Shown here: positions 26,345 through 40,585 of the stretch, piece by piece | Layout of the letters: each line of letters starts with the position of its first letter | Position numbering within the stretch: position 1 is the first letter of the stretch | DNA from: Nymphaea colorata | Lineage: Eukaryota | Assembly: GCF_008831285.2 (NCBI RefSeq) | Contig: NC_045138.2 | Location: 35,402,001-35,466,000 of the forward strand | Direction of reading: 5' to 3' | Length of the DNA stretch: 64,000 bases | The notes under the pieces: model-generated | The model's database searches: none | What the model was told of the DNA's origin: nothing | The model's input: the letters and a program-made list of their open reading frames with translations, nothing else | Position numbers and translations under genes: made by a program

Positions 26345-27230
26345 ATTAGGCCTACCCATTGAGAGATATGTGGGAAGCTATTAGACCTACCCACCCGAAG
26401 GAAGATTGGTTTGGAACAAAGATGCTAATCCAAGATGCAGATGGTTCGCTTATATTGCTGCAAATGTGACGCTTCCTACTCTTGATAGGCAGCAAAAAAG
26501 GGTCTATTTCTCACCAATGGACGCCCAGTGTGTTGTCTGGCAGACGAATCGAATCAGCACCTACTGTTTGAATGTCGGCTAGCGAGCTGTGTGTGGAAAT
26601 TGGTAGCCAACAAGTTTGGCAAGAAGGGTGGCTGTGGGCGCCGTGTGGTCGATGAGGTTAAACATTGCTAGAGCTACAGCTTCAAGCGAGGGTGGGTCAT
26701 TCGCTGTGTTTGGAAGTGGAGAAACAGGTGTTATCATGGCGGAGAGAAAAGCAGGTTTGGTGGGAGTGTGCTTCCTCTTTTGAAGCTCTTCTGATGCACA
26801 ATTCTGAGGACCTAGAAGAAATGAGAGCATGATTACCAACTGATATCTACCTCGAAGTTGGCCGGGCTTGAACGTGAATCAAGGAAGGATCCTGGTGGCG
26901 TCCAAGGTTTTGCAGGGTGGATGCTGCATTGCGGTGAGTGTGAGCTCCCGTTTCCTAGTGGATCTGGTGTCAAATAACAAGAACTGGTGACACTGGCTTA
27001 AAGCCAACGTCATGGATGGATGGGGTGAGGCTCCACATTCCACAAATTTTGCTGCGAAACTCTCACTATTGTGTTTGTTGCCGTTGCTGTCATCTTTAAC
27101 GTGGTGTCCCTCCATGCATTTAGTGGTTCAGCAATTGGTTTTTCCTTCCCTTTTCTGTACATAGGTTTTCGTTGATTGGTTAATAATATTCTTGGAGGGA
27201 TTTGATGCGGCACTCTCACTCCTTGGCTAA
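26345..27230 (+). mobile_element. Degenerate L1 LINE 3' fragment (zf-RVT), absent from the ORF track
   Basis: Across frameshifts: WEAIRPTHPKEDW, VWNKDANPRCRWFAY, LPTLDRQQKR, VCCLADESNQHLLFECRLASCVWKLVANKFG, VWKWRNRCYH, followed by a T-rich 3' UTR. Confidence 0.8.
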
Positions 27231-28580
27231 TAACAATGCGCATGTACATGCGTGCATAATATCCACGGAAGAAGTGGGGTGGTGGTGGCGGCCCATGAAG
27301 CGCCAGTATCATCCCATTATCAGTCCATGACTGATACGCCAACTACTTTTGAGAATTGTCATCCTAAAGAATTGTCTCGGCAGCGCATATCGAACCAAGG
27401 AAACACCATTACATTAATTGGGCCGATGCCGACATTCACAAAAAAGAAGAAGAATGTAAAATAATCGGTGGGCGGAAGCGATGGCGGTTGGGTGGGTGGA
27501 GCAGAAGAGGGAGGGAGGGACGGTGGTTCAGGACAGGTTGCAGCTAAGCTAGCTAGCGCTGGAGAGAATGGCCTCGATTTGGTTGACCGCAGAATTAAGC
27601 TGTGTTCCTTCTTCGTTGGGGGTGCTGTCCCTCCTCTTTCCGCCACTAATTTAATTTCTGGGGAGGATGGGACAGGTGAGAGTTGAATTGAAATTTCAAC
27701 AACCGGAGGTGGACCTCTTTTTTGTGAGCAGGAAAGAAAGTGGGGCTGCCGTGCCGACAAAATTTTCAGTCCGTAACAGTAATTGCGAGCAAGTGGGGAG
27801 TGGTACCGGCAGAGAAGAGCATCTTTTCTCTTGCTTCTTTTTACGCAAACATAGGACAGAATTGTCGAATTTTAAAGGCCTGCCACACATGCAAATTTGT
27901 GCAAGGGAGGACGCATGATGGTTCAAGAGACAGAGCCGGAGGATATTGTGACGCGTACTGTATACTAGACTGGACTGCTGAATGTAGAAAGGTCGAAAAA
28001 ACGGAGAAAATAGAAATCTTGGATCATTACTAAAAGTAAGTAGTTTAATTAGTTTGGACAAGATGCTTCTAGGCGCAAACGAAAATGATGTAAAAGAGAC
28101 GCCGTGCCCAAATTGGAGTAGGTTATTATTACGAAACTCGCGATGGCAATACGATTTAGGAGTTTCTTCTAAAAGCAAGAATCGTCAGTTTGCTACCTAA
28201 AAGAAATATAGCTTTTCCGGTGGGCAATTGTATTTCCGGTGGGCAATGGTATTATAATTTATATCGTCTGCCCTTGCCTGCGGGAACCACCAAATCAAAA
28301 GGGCCACTAATACTATCGAGAGTGCAGGTAGGGCCCCTCATCAATACTACTGAAGCCAGAGAATCTGAGCCGTACAATACAATACGATGGGAGTTTAGGG
28401 CGTTCATTGCTCTCTCCACTTGCACAAGCACACCTTCCCTTTTCCTTTCCCTTCTCCTGTGACCCAGGAAGTGCATTCATTTTTTGGATTCGGGTTCAGA
28501 CTGGAGACGGAAACAAAATGCGCTCTCACTTTGTCCATGATCACTTAGCTTGCCAACCCAATGTAACCTACGGGGGTTGT

Positions 28581-28657
28581 TTGGCATTAGAAACAAGATA
28601 TGAGTGTCTTATAAACGAGGGTTGTATGGCATTAGAAACAAGATATGAGTGTCTTAT
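28581..28657 (+). repeat. Short direct repeat, two copies of TGGCATTAGAAACAAGATATGAGTGTCTTAT
   Basis: Direct read. Confidence 0.9.
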
Positions 28658-29789
28658 GAATGTAGTCCACTTTGGAGATAAATTCATACTGTAGGACCAC
28701 CTCAGCTCAGCTTTAACTAGTAGGCCCCGTTTTCCACCTTTTCAACACATTACATAGGTGTTGCGACCATGCCTACTGGTGCTATGCCAGCTTAGCACCA
28801 GGTAGCAGATCTTATAAAGAAATCCACCATTATTGTAAGCATTGACTCGATACGATACGAGGCCTTCTCTTTCAGCCCCACCAGTCCATCCCCTTCCTCT
28901 CCTCCTAATCATCCGTTTATTCATAAATTAACATCCAACTTTTCTTCTTAAAGACCTACTACGTTCACAACAACCTCCAACCCCATGAGTTAATTTGGAA
29001 ACAAAGTACAATACCGGATTTGGCCGACTAAAGTAGATCCGGGCTCGGTCGCTCACTAATTGATGCGCAGTTCCGTTCGAAGCTAGCTCACTGTGGCTTC
29101 ACGTGGAGCTCATGGGCATGTCATGGGTGCTCCGTTGAAAATGATGAACTCAACTTCAAGTTCACAATTCATGCTTCCAAAGTTAACTAATCGACTGTGA
29201 CTAGCATCAGCATTAGTATCGGCGGAAATTAGTAAAAGGTAGGAATTTCTCTTCTCTAATACCTTAAGTAACTGACCCACCCAATTTAAAAGAAATCTCT
29301 GCTATGAAAGGAGATTACAGAGAGGAAAACAATTTCTAGTTGCGAATAAAATTAGATGTTCTATGACTTACAATTCCTGTCAAAATAAAACAATTAGACA
29401 TTTTATATGTAAGACAGAATTGTAGAGTTACAAGATCATATAAATCAGGATCCAAACGAGGATCACTGCAGGTACAGGTGAAAACTAGATGGGCACCTAC
29501 ATACAATCGATAATCCTTTTGCTTGAGCATCTTTACTGCTAGCCAACTGATGTTGAACCCATGCACGCATTGTCTAAACATCGACTGTTTCCTGTGCCTA
29601 CAATTTTATTTGGCAACATTAATATTCAAGGGCGGTGGGTCGAGAGTTGAGACTCTTACTTTCCATCTTTCTGTTATCTTCGGTTCAAATACTGTACTGA
29701 ATTTCTCGTATAATTGCCTTAGCCTTGTACATCCTCCTCATCTCTCCGTAATTTTAGTTTTAAGAGTTGTACCAAAAGAGACTAATGGT

Positions 29790-30160
29790 GGCTAATCTGT
29801 TGGCCGCTTGCCACTGCTGCCGGCATTGCCGATCCTGCTTTTCTGAACGACACCTCGTCAGTCACAGTACAATATTCTCTCCAAAATTTAATGACAATTA
29901 AACATTTAATGTCCAAGAGAAAAAACAAGGAGGAGACGGAGTGCGGCGATCTTTAGTTTAATGGGTTTGAGCAATACAAAATGCATCGTTTTTCGAGTGG
30001 CGCCACAATCCTCCTCTGATTTATAATCTGATCGACCGATTGAGGCTCGTGGCAGTAGCAAGTAGACGTTGCGGGCAAATTTGAGTAACCAGTTATCATT
30101 TTTAATTGACTACACATTTTTATTTTGGAAGTGGACAAGCTGATGTTAGTCGACATGCAG
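29790..30160 (+). repeat. Duplicated block containing motif X, copy 2
   Basis: Matches 46910-47260 and 55080-55380: TGCTTTTC.GAACG.CACCTC, TTAGTTTAATGGG, TTTTTCG.GTGGCGCCACAATCCTCCTC, AAGCTGA.GTTAG.CGACA. Confidence 0.8.
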
Positions 30161-33100
30161 AGACCAGATAATATCTTCAAATTGAGACGTGGGCCTCTGA
30201 CGCTGAATTGTTGTTCTCCACCAACCAAAAATCCCCCCTTTCACCAAGTCTAACACCTTATAAATTGAGCATACGGGAGCGCCATCGCTCACAGGCAAAT
30301 TATTGGAGGGGTTGTTGATTAGCGGGAAGGGAGACGCCGGCCAACCACGCAATTAGCTGCTCCTTTTTTGGATATCTAAATTGCATATATACATATCAAA
30401 GTCAGTTAGTCTGCAGAAGATTAAAAGTAAGAAAAAGAGTTTGGGCTTTGAATAAATATTTTATAACATTAGTCGGCATCAGCTTCCCTTTGAAAGCTCG
30501 GTTGATTTTATCTTTTTACGTCAGACTGACAAAAAGAAAAGGAAGGCTGGATGTAGAGGAATCGTTAAAATTGCTGCTCTCCTGGGCTCGTCAGTGGGGT
30601 GAAGGGTCACGGAATGACTCCGGGACAGCGACCGGCCGCAGTCCCTATCCAAGTGGATGAATAACATCCCTTCCCTTCGAGGCTATCACCAACGCCCTGG
30701 TGGTCCGTGGGTGAACGTATTCGGGACTAGCTAGACTGCGGATTGGAAAGCTTTTTGCCGGGTCGTCATCATCAGAGACTCTGAACCAACTTGCAGAAAC
30801 CGGGAACCTTTGGCTACCAGTTTTGCAAAAAAAGTTCCCACCACCATTCTGCAGCACAGGTCGTGATTGAGGATCGCGGGCATCGGAAAAATGTCGTTTC
30901 AATAGGCTTGCCCTCCTATATGATTGTTTTATACTTGCTCTCTATATGATTGGCTTGCAAATGAAGAGGCTTAAAATCTAAATCTAATTGACATTTGCAA
31001 CTTTCCGTTCCTTGATAAATAAGTTAGTTTCAATTTGAATCCATAAAGCTTAAAGCACAGTTGAATAACTTGTTTTCGACGAAAAGAATCTTGATGAAAC
31101 GCAGGCCATTCAATCTGCAAAATAAATCGGCTCAAAGACATTAAACTCTGGTTCTCTTGACGTAATTACCTGTGGAGGGAAGGGGTTCTGTAATTGAGCG
31201 AGGTCCACGCTCCCCTAAAATGAATTTGAATGAAACAGGAGAAGCCAAGGAGGAGGTAGTTTGGCAATCATGCATTTGGCGGACATTACATATTAAAGGA
31301 ATTGAGTGGCAACAGCCAACAAGCGTAAGCAATAACACGTAATATTTCAGTACATCACGTGGCATATGGACACAAGATATCCAACGTATGTGATTAAGGT
31401 AGACTAGAAATGTGATAACTGGATCATGATCACGGTAAAATATCAGGACATCAACTTAAAAAAGATTTGCAAGTAATCATCCAACATCCAAAAAAGGCCT
31501 ACTTATAGAGAGAAGGATGTATTCTAGTGGCAATACGTATTACACGGTCTTACATACGTACCCGTTACATGCAATGCAAACTTGCAAAGCCAAAAAAAAA
31601 GAAAAGTTTTTAGTAGATCCCAACAACCTCAAACAAAAAGGTTACTGCGTAATCACCAACAAAAGGTAAAACATATTGGTCAAGCGGGATGGAGGCGTTC
31701 CAAAAGGGTAAAGAGAGAGCAGAGCAGAGCACCCACGGGCGGCCAATTTTCTCCTCTGATTTTTTCTTCACAGCCATTAAGTGCGTAAAATTATGAAGGA
31801 TGGAAAGAAAAGGTGACAAGGACATGTGAATTATTGTATTCAAAATGGAGGAGCTGAGAAAACCCTGAGACCGTCACTGACGCAAAACAAAAGCACTAAG
31901 TACGTGAACAGCTGTGTGAGGAGAGGGAGAGGGGGCCCTTGCTTATCCTCTGCTTTATATCTGATAGGGACGGGTGGGCCAACCCGTGTCTCAGAATATG
32001 AATTGATCCCCCGCAAGTGGGAAGCCCTCCCTTTTGTTTTTGTTGAGAGAGGACGTGGGGAATTTTTCGATTTTCATTAGCTAGCACACCACCTTTCTTT
32101 AATCTATGGAACTCAAGGCAAGGCAAGTTTATGATCTTACTGACCCGAACGAGTACGCATCGGACTTTGCTCATGTTGTCCTCCAACAAAAAATAAAATA
32201 AAAAAAATCGGCGGGAGAAATGACGAAACAGCTAAATCCATTTTGTTCTTCTTTTTTGTTGATACAAGCAAGAGGTGCTCCTGCCCTCGGAGCTTCGAAG
32301 AAGCAGATGAGATGGTGCCAATGGGGCCGTGACTGAAGCGGCGGGGCTGTGGCCCGGCCAGCTACACTGCAGGAGGCAGCGCATGTGGGGGGTCCTATCC
32401 TATCAATTCTTCAAGTGGGATGCGCGTGGAAATAAACAACAACATTGTCACACAGACACGCCCCACCTCTCTTCTTTCTTATCCACTACGTCCTCGGTCC
32501 TCCCTTCCAAAAGAACACAGGCACGCTCACGTACATGACATAAACGAGAAGAGTAATTGGTCTTGAGTAAAATTTCAAGTGCTCTGCTAAGACGCTTGTT
32601 TAGGAAAACAAAGAAAGAAAGAAGCTAAGCTTAATTTCGTAGCAAAGGGGATCATTTTTAGACATGATCGCAAATTTCTGAGATGTTAGATTTGCGTAGA
32701 TTTTCAATTTTTTGGTTGCCCAAACCGCTGTTAGAGATCGTCGTCGGCCCTCCGGTCTTTTTCTTGTTCAGCTGTTCCTGTTCCTGTTCCTGTTCCTACC
32801 CCATGCAGCGCTGCAATTACTGTGCTTCTGAAACGCCCAAGAAGACACCCCAGACGCATGAGACAAGACTGCCGTCTACATCACGGCTACTCGTGTCAAA
32901 AAAATTAATCTGGCGGAAAGGCAGCTTTTCTCGTAATTAATGGGGTGTAGAGATAGGAAGGGAGACTTTTCTCAAAGAAATGAAAGCAGTGATAATGATG
33001 CAGAAGCGAGCCAAAGACAACAAAATCTGTAAAAACCACGCCACCCCCAAAACGCCAAGGACACTTTTTGAACCCACATGCTGCAACTAGAGCCGTCGCT

Positions 33101-33730
33101 TTGTTGCAAGTTGGGAGCCTGCCTGCCTGCGCTGCGGAACGGTGACTGTGAGGAGGACCCTTCCATCCGCCCATGTGGCTGCCACCATACATAGCTGCAC
33201 TGCGAGTCACCTCATGCGAAAGCATTGTGCATTACATTACTCACATGGAGGGTGGGGAAGAAAAAATTATGCAGCAAAAAATACCTGCCCGGTTTCCCAT
33301 TCAGGCAGCCGCCAGGGGCCTCGGATTTATGGATGCACCCCTTCAAGCTTCCAAAGGCCACACTTTTACATGCAAGTTGCCCCGCAACATTCAAAGGTCG
33401 AAGAAAGGCTTGCGTTGCCGGGTCAAGTGAATCTCCTCTCCCATATACTTCATGTTCGTCTACTACGTGCACAAATGGCTCGAATCTAACTATATGCAAC
33501 ATAAAAAAGATAAGGGTCATCGGTCTACAGTGTAGCGGTGAAAGGGGAGTGTCCCTGGCTTTGCTCGGTGCCGTGAGGCGGTCAGCTGACCACCTAACCG
33601 TCATCTCCGCTACAAGGTCCACCTCCCCTCTCCGATTCACCGTGCCCTACTGTCTCCAGGTCTCTCCCTCTCTCCACCTGCAGATAAAAGGTAAAGTCCA
33701 CGTTCCTTTTTACTACCGACTCTTTTCCTT

Positions 33731-33798
33731 TGGTTTCGTCGGAAAGCTTCTTGTTACACCATTGGTTTCGTCGGAAAGCTTCTTGTTACACCATTGGT
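33731..33798 (+). repeat. Perfect tandem duplication of a ~32-bp unit (TGGTTTCGTCGGAAAGCTTCTTGTTACACCAT)
   Basis: Direct read. Confidence 0.9.
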
Positions 33799-34640
33799 TT
33801 TTCCAACCTCAGAGAGAAGCCGCCTAAGGGAAAAAGAAATGAAGAAAGAAAATGGTTAGCTTATTTCGCTCACCCATGCAACTGTCTGCAGACTGCCTCC
33901 AAGCCACTCATCTTAAGCAGACCTCCCAACTATAGTATAAATCCACCTGCTGCCATTGATTTGCTTAATAAAAAGACTCCACCAGGTTTTACCGTTTTGA
34001 CGAGCAAGCTCTCTCACGGCCAATAATCCAGTCTAGACTTGGGTTTATATACCAAGTCCAATAATATTTGGCACACACACGCAACAGTGAAAGTCCCGGC
34101 CATTTGTACTGTAAACGGTGGAATGCTTGAACCGCTTTCCTACTCAAAAGACCAAACTACTCAAAACACCACACCTCTGAAGCAGTCCTCACCGAAAACC
34201 TGAAGCAGTGCTGAACCCCACTCGCCTCAGAGGAGAGGGAGGGGCAATTGAAACTGTAATCACAATATCTTTTGAGGCTCTATCTAAAACAACGAGTGCA
34301 GGAAACCAAATCAAATTTGCCGGAAGCCAGAAGTAAAGATATTTTCATTTTATTAATGTTCATCAATACATCTTAAAGCAGAGCGAAGAAAAGAGGGCCT
34401 CTGCCTCTACATCTACGTATCTTAAATTAGACACCAGTAAAGAACTACAACCCGCTACCTGTAACATAGTTAAATACAAGCAAGGCCTCTTCCACAGAAA
34501 ATTGGTCAAGCATTTGCAGTATCTGATCACCGATCATAGACAGCCAGTCAATAATTTGGCCATGAGAGTAATACCACTACCATCATCTCTCGTAAAAGGG
34601 GCCTCGTGAAAGACAGTTTGCAGCACGAGCTCCAGTATGC

Positions 34641-36479
34641 TCAGGCAAACCAATGTGTTGTGCCCAGCTTATGCAGCACTGGTCCCCGGGAGAACGAATC
34701 GAACTCCATGGGGAAGAACGCCGACCCAAACTTGTAACCGGGATTCACATCCTGTTGGTTGTCGTCAAAGCCATGGGCAAACATCTTACATTGCTCCAAC
34801 GCCATACTCATCCCACAACTCTGCTCATCGAAAACGTTTGCAAGAAGGGGACTGGGGCCTTCATTTCGCCCTTCATGAACACTTGGACGACTGATGACCT
34901 TTCTCTGCTGCTCATATAATGCAAAGAGATCGTTGATCGATTTGTGCCCATCGACCGGTATGCCCAACCCTGTTAAAGGGCCTGGGTTGTGATCCACCAG
35001 ACTCTGAGAAGGGGGGTTCGGAGGAATTGGGGACGAAGCCGCTCCGACCTGCATATTTGCCTGCTTTCTGGACGCATAACCGGCCGTCCGGTTCGCACTC
35101 ACAGCAACAGACAGGTTTGGCTCCTGCGGCTGCTTCCCTTCCGCAACCGGCAAGCAGAAAATAGGCTTTTCATCATTAGCCACCACAGCAGGCAGAGTGA
35201 TTCCCTGAGGAAAATTTGAGGAATAAAAGCAGTTGGACCCATGGTTGTTTCTCGTGCTCTTGCTCGCGAACCCCATCTGGCAATCATGACAGGGGGACTC
35301 GATATTGTCCCGAATGTACGCCTTGCTTTCCATCATCAGCTGCTCGGCTGGGAACTTCCTCTTGCGGACACAGTCGGAAGCGGTTTCCGCGTTCATTGAT
35401 GGAATAATCCGCTCTCCCGCGACGCCCGGGTGGAAGAGCTCCGGTTTACGATCCAGAAATTCCATGTTAGCATCATCATCATCATAGCCATCAACATCAT
35501 ACTCACTGCTTCCGTTGCATGCGATAGTCCCATTCCCGCTCAAGGATGATAGGGGAAGGCACGCATCTGGGTTCATCTGGCGAGCGAGCAGTTCCTCATG
35601 GTTGACGACTGCCGACCACGTCGAACTCTCCTTGGCCGTCATCTTGTCCTGAAGGCACTTGGACTGCCGCACCAGCCTCCGTATCTTGTCGATGTCAGGG
35701 GAGATGTGTTTGATCACGGCGGTGAGCACGCTCACCTTCCATGCCTTCTTCAGATCGTGAGGCTTCTTGTATGGAGGGGGCCCCTGGTCCTTTGGGAGCC
35801 CCAATTGAGGCCACCAATCCTCCATGCCCGTTGGCCACCAAGGGGGAGCCACACCTTTCTCGAGAGGGAAACGCCTCTGCGGAGGCTCGCAGTGCTGCAT
35901 AAGGGCCGATAACAGAGACCCCAAGGTTGTGTCTTGAAGTTCTTGAAGCGTCTGCGGCGTCGAAATCATGCCTGAATTCTCCTCCATGCAACCTGGAATG
36001 GCGTTTTCCGCCTGATACTTGGCGATTGCAGCGGGGCCGTTGCGATCGAACCTCACCTTCTCCTTCCACCAGGCACGAAGGTTATCGGAGGCGCCGCTGA
36101 CGGGCTTGCCCTTCTCAGGGATGATTCCGTAGACGAATCCCTGGGCTTTGCACACCTCCATCATCTTAAGCATGTACTTGAGAATTCCATCCTGCGCCCT
36201 GGACATCTTCTTCCGCCTAGCTTGTTCCTGCGATTGCCTCTGTTTGGCGATGTCGCCGCTATCTTTGGCTTTATTTTGCTCCTTGAGCCGTCTCAACCTG
36301 ATGCGATCCCTCCACATCCTGCGCTCGAGCTCATCGACATCAATCTCCTCCTCGCTGTCATCATCGTCCGGGAGGACCTCCCCTTCATTCGCAATCGTTT
36401 GATCGCACGCCGGTTGCGGGAGGGGGACAGGCGGGAAGCCGAAGCTCCCTGCGAATCCGATTTCTTCGTATATATCCAT
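34641..36479 (-). CDS. EIL: ETHYLENE INSENSITIVE 3 / EIN3-like transcription factor, copy A (612 aa, intronless CDS)
   Basis: [110 protein letters not shown]. First ATG (MDIYEE) at 36479, 11 nt after a ttggttcag acceptor; the ORF-track extension to 36590 is intronic. Confidence 0.97.
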   Translation of the reverse strand: MDIYEEIGFAGSFGFPPVPLPQPACDQTIANEGEVLPDDDDSEEEIDVDELERRMWRDRIRLRRLKEQNKAKDSGDIAKQRQSQEQARRKKMSRAQDGILKYMLKMMEVCKAQGFVYGIIPEKGKPVSGASDNLRAWWKEKVRFDRNGPAAIAKYQAENAIPGCMEENSGMISTPQTLQELQDTTLGSLLSALMQHCEPPQRRFPLEKGVAPPWWPTGMEDWWPQLGLPKDQGPPPYKKPHDLKKAWKVSVLTAVIKHISPDIDKIRRLVRQSKCLQDKMTAKESSTWSAVVNHEELLARQMNPDACLPLSSLSGNGTIACNGSSEYDVDGYDDDDANMEFLDRKPELFHPGVAGERIIPSMNAETASDCVRKRKFPAEQLMMESKAYIRDNIESPCHDCQMGFASKSTRNNHGSNCFYSSNFPQGITLPAVVANDEKPIFCLPVAEGKQPQEPNLSVAVSANRTAGYASRKQANMQVGAASSPIPPNPPSQSLVDHNPGPLTGLGIPVDGHKSINDLFALYEQQRKVISRPSVHEGRNEGPSPLLANVFDEQSCGMSMALEQCKMFAHGFDDNQQDVNPGYKFGSAFFPMEFDSFSRGPVLHKLGTTHWFA

Positions 36480-36490
36480 GTCTTGTTTAC

Positions 36491-37045
36491 CTGAACCAAG
36501 AGGAAGAAACAATTGTGAGTCGCACCATAGAGCAAGAAGCCTTTCTCCTTCCGCAATTAAAAGAACAAATACCAAACAATTCTGAAACAAAGAATCTGAA
36601 GATATGCACGAGCAGACAGAAGAAGAAGAAGAAAATTATGATATGTTTGGGTGTAAAGGGAACAGAGTCCACCGAACTAGGAGTTCAAAGAAAGAGAATT
36701 ATGGTCAGCAATAATCTTGCAACTAGACATCGACTGCAAGTTATGCGGTGACCTATTGTTCCAAATACGCGGGCATGAGAGAGAGAGAGAGATTTGACAA
36801 CAGAGTGGAAAGGAAAACTCCAGGGAATTCACATCCTCCCTGTTTCCGCCAGTCGCAACACCACCTATCATGAAGATGCCCTCACCCAACCCCGATCGAA
36901 AGACTGAATTCCATCAATCTTCCGAGGAGAATGAAGGTACCAAGTGCGTAGACAACGGAGCAGGACATCAAAGTTCCGAGCTCTTGTGAAAGAAAAGAGA
37001 AATAAAGAAACTTGACTGGCAGAAGAATGGATGATTCTTCTTTAC
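36491..37045 (-). other. Predicted 5'UTR intron of EIL-A
   Basis: Donor CAAAG|GTAAAG at 37045 and acceptor ttcctcttggttcag| at 36491; T-rich interior and a CT-rich leader exon upstream. The donor choice is inferred. Confidence 0.65.
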
Positions 37046-37237
37046 CTTTGCAGTAAGATGTTGGACGATTTCACGAACAAGTCCTTCCTTCTGCCTGAGT
37101 TCTTCAATTCAAATTGTATGTGTGTGTGGGTGAGAGAGAGAGAGAGAAGGGGAGGGACAAAAACAAAGAAAAGCTAAGACAAGAGGGGCCTGGCTTTCAT
37201 CTCTGAATAAGAGGAAGAGGCAGTAGTACTAGTAGAG

Positions 37238-37260
37238 GCTGCTGCTGCTGCTGCTGCTGC
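37238..37260. repeat. (CTG/CAG)n microsatellite near the presumed EIL-A transcription start
   Basis: Direct read; TTATAA (TATA-like) at about 37288-37293. Confidence 0.85.
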
Positions 37261-40200
37261 TTAGTCCGTCCCCTCCTCCCCTTTTCGTTATAAGGTTCAG
37301 GCCACGCGGGGTTAACCCGCGTATGAGGTCAGGGTTTGGTTAATCTGTATAACCATGGTTAATTGGGAGGGGGACTAAGGTAAGGAAATCGGGGTGCGGT
37401 GAGAATGAGATGACCCAACCAAGGCCCCAAGGGTCACCACCACCCGAGAAAGCTTGTCCGCTTCCCCCGCCCAAGCTGTTCCACTTCCCAACGCCACCTC
37501 TGTTTTTACCTTGCTTCCTCCCAAGTGAACCGCGGTTTAAACTCCCCAAGTAAACACCTCCAATGCGTAAACACCCTCTTCCTCTTCCTCTTCCTCTTCT
37601 CTCCAAAACACTCACAACTCAATCCATGGGGCCTCAGCCACGTGCAATGTCTAACTGGTAAAAGCACGACGTGTCCCCGCTCAGCCACTGCCCCTTCCCC
37701 TCCACGGAAGCCTTATCTCCACTTGATTGGCCACCATACACCTCTCGTTCCCCCCGCCGTTTCCACCATAATTTAATCCATTTCCCGGCGAATGTGGCCC
37801 TGCAGTCTCCCCGCAAAAGTTTATTTCCAATCTCGCTACAACTTTCTACTTTTAAGGGAGGGCGTAATCTGACGGCCTGAAAAGATTTCACTCCGTAGCT
37901 CCTCAACCAAACACATATAGGAAGCTGTTTGTTGGTTTTTCATTCCCATTATCAGAAATCGGAGAGGGAAAACGCCCCATTAACTACTCAAATAATCTTT
38001 CCCATACGTCATTTCATGTGTTCGTTGATAAAAGTAAGAACAGAAAAGAAAAAAAGGGAAAGGAAGTATAAGGTCCGGGTCCCTGTTTGTGATATCTTTC
38101 TGATTTCACCTGTGATATTTTATTATTCTTCTTTTGCTTTTCGAGCAAAACTTCACCGGCTTCCGATGACAAGTTGGAACAAAGTTTCTGGCCGCCTTCG
38201 TTTTCCGAAAAGAAAAACGGAAGAAAGCAAAGCGCCCACAGGGTTCCAGCTGCAGCCAGCCAACGTCTGAGTGTTGTGAACCGCCTGCACTTTTCCTCCT
38301 GTGATAAGTCAAAAAAGAAAAAGATTGGAGGAGAGAGAGATTTCCATAACGACGGACAGCGCCCTGGAAAGGGACGGTCGTCAGCAAAACTTAACTTCTC
38401 CTTCTCTGATAAAGGAAAAGAACGGTTACGAGGCATTAAAAATTTTAAAATTCTATCATGAATCGGTCGATGGAAGGCAAAGAACATGCTTAAAAATAAT
38501 ATATATATATATATATATGTCAGTGAATAAACTATGATTCAGTTTATCTGAAGTCACTCGCTTATTTAATGAAGGCCCTTCATTTAAATTAAATAGAAAA
38601 AAAATATAAACCAATATTAAATAACAAAAATACATTTTTTTTCACTTTATTTTTTTCTCCATCATTCATTAAGTTGAATTTGATGGCGCAAATTAGAATT
38701 AAAAGGCCGAATGACTCTAAAAAGTTAAAAGACACCATTCAAAGATTAGTTTTGGTGAAACTCATGTTTTTGGGTAATCCAAACCCTCGTGTAAAAGCAA
38801 AATCATGTGCTACCTCCAGAGATTTGTTTAGGTTTCATCCAAACGCCTTGTAAAATTTTTTAGATTGATCTGGAATTTCAAAACCATGGAGCCATTCTCG
38901 TAGCATAGCACAGTAAGGTTCTAGCAAAGCCCTTGGCCCATCTCTCCAGAGAAATCGCTCCTTCACTTCTCTCGGGAGCACTCGGCATCGAAGTGTATGG
39001 GTGAGGGCTATATGATGGAACGCCAATATTGATCAGGTGTCGATTCCCCTTTCTTCGACATAGCGTCTACAAGCCCTTCCTGAAGAAGAAGAAGAAGAAG
39101 AACATAGTCTGTCGTTGTTAGATGACTCGGGTCACTTTCTCTTTCTTGGTTTATCTATAGAAAATCACGCCCCGCTTCTTGAAATTGTCCTCTTTTAGTG
39201 TGACATTCCTCGTGTTTGCCCACAGGAGAAGATCCAGGGGTTAGATTTACTTTGAGTAATTAAACTTGTCAAGAAGCTAGCGAAGTTTAAGTTAAAAGAA
39301 AAGAAGGCCAGTTCAGAGAGGATTGAGCATGTCTCTGTGGAGTCAATGGATCCCAAAAGAGCCACCTCCACTTTTATCCTTTTGGCACCACATTTCAATT
39401 TGGACGTTCCTGTACTTGGAAGATGAGTAGCCCCAAGATCTGTACTCCTCACTTCTGAAGAGATGCTTTCGGTTAAGTTAACTAACCTTCCAAAGGAGAA
39501 ACTGCACTGCACTGCACTGTTTTTTTTTTTCCTTTAGCAGCCATATCATCCAATTATTATTTCCTAAAATATTATAAGGGCAAGAGTTTAATGATCAGCT
39601 ACTTTTCATTTCAGGGGGTCTGGCGGATGCTCCCAAGGGTGCACGCACACCCTGTTTACTTGAAATAAATATTACTCCAATGTTGGATCATATCATCTCA
39701 ACAAGCAAGAAATTAATATATAGTTTGCAGTTCCAATAGACGACGACGAAAGCTGCGGACGAGTACAACCTGAGTCTCTAATTGAATAATTGGTGCCACC
39801 GATCACGTTCTTGTGGTTTTCCAATTAACAATTCTAACTGTCCGAATACGAAGGTCAGAGATAATGACCAACAGGGAATTACTTTTTCTTTCAGTTAACA
39901 TTCATCCATCCCCTGTACGCTTTACTCCCTAAAATTTTCAAACTGTTAAAAAACAAGACAATCAAAACCACAGCACCATTATCAGGCCTTGCTGAGTATC
40001 CGCACTCAAGTAGGCGACCTCAGACAAGAAGAACGGAGCCAGACAGGAAGTAGAGTTATTTAGCGCCATTCCATCAGGTGCTAATAATAGCCTATAGAAA
40101 CTGCGTCAGTCGCAAATTAAATGATTCCACAGAATCGGTCGAGATTCTTTTCTTGATCGTTAGCAGCTGCACCGGACACACAAGTCGCATAAGATAGAAA

Positions 40201-40585
40201 GGTATGCAGATTGTAGCCAGAGACATACTTGCCAATATATGTAAAAACAATATTTATATCTTATTCATGTTCAGCAACAGATCTAAAGGCAGAAGGAAGC
40301 CAAGAGGATCTCCGCCTCTACTTCTACGTATCATGAATTTGTTACCGGTACAGAACTACAACCCGCTACATGGAAGATCGTCACATACAAGGAAGGAAGG
40401 CCTCCTCCAGAGAAAACCGGTGAAACTTTGCGCTTGGCGATCACAGATCATAAACCGCCACCCAAAAATTTGGTCAACAGAGTTTTGCCATCATCTCTTT
40501 GCGACGGCTGAAGGAGAGGAAAGGGCCTGGTGAAACAAACCCCTCGCAGCACAGCACCAGCACCAGCTCCAGCAAGTTCAACTGA

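Noticed and set aside
31085..31105. AGAATCTTGATGA, the 5' 13 nt of miR172
   Set aside because: The 3' half diverges and no hairpin partner is visible.
33225..33827. 200-aa ORF and overlapping ORFs downstream of EIL-A
   Set aside because: No recognisable domain, includes a perfect short tandem duplication; consistent with chance ORFs.
36480..36590. ORF-track N-terminal extensions of EIL-A (to 36590) and EIL-B (to 42544)
   Set aside because: They begin at non-ATG codons, cross splice acceptors and are not conserved in frame between paralogues.
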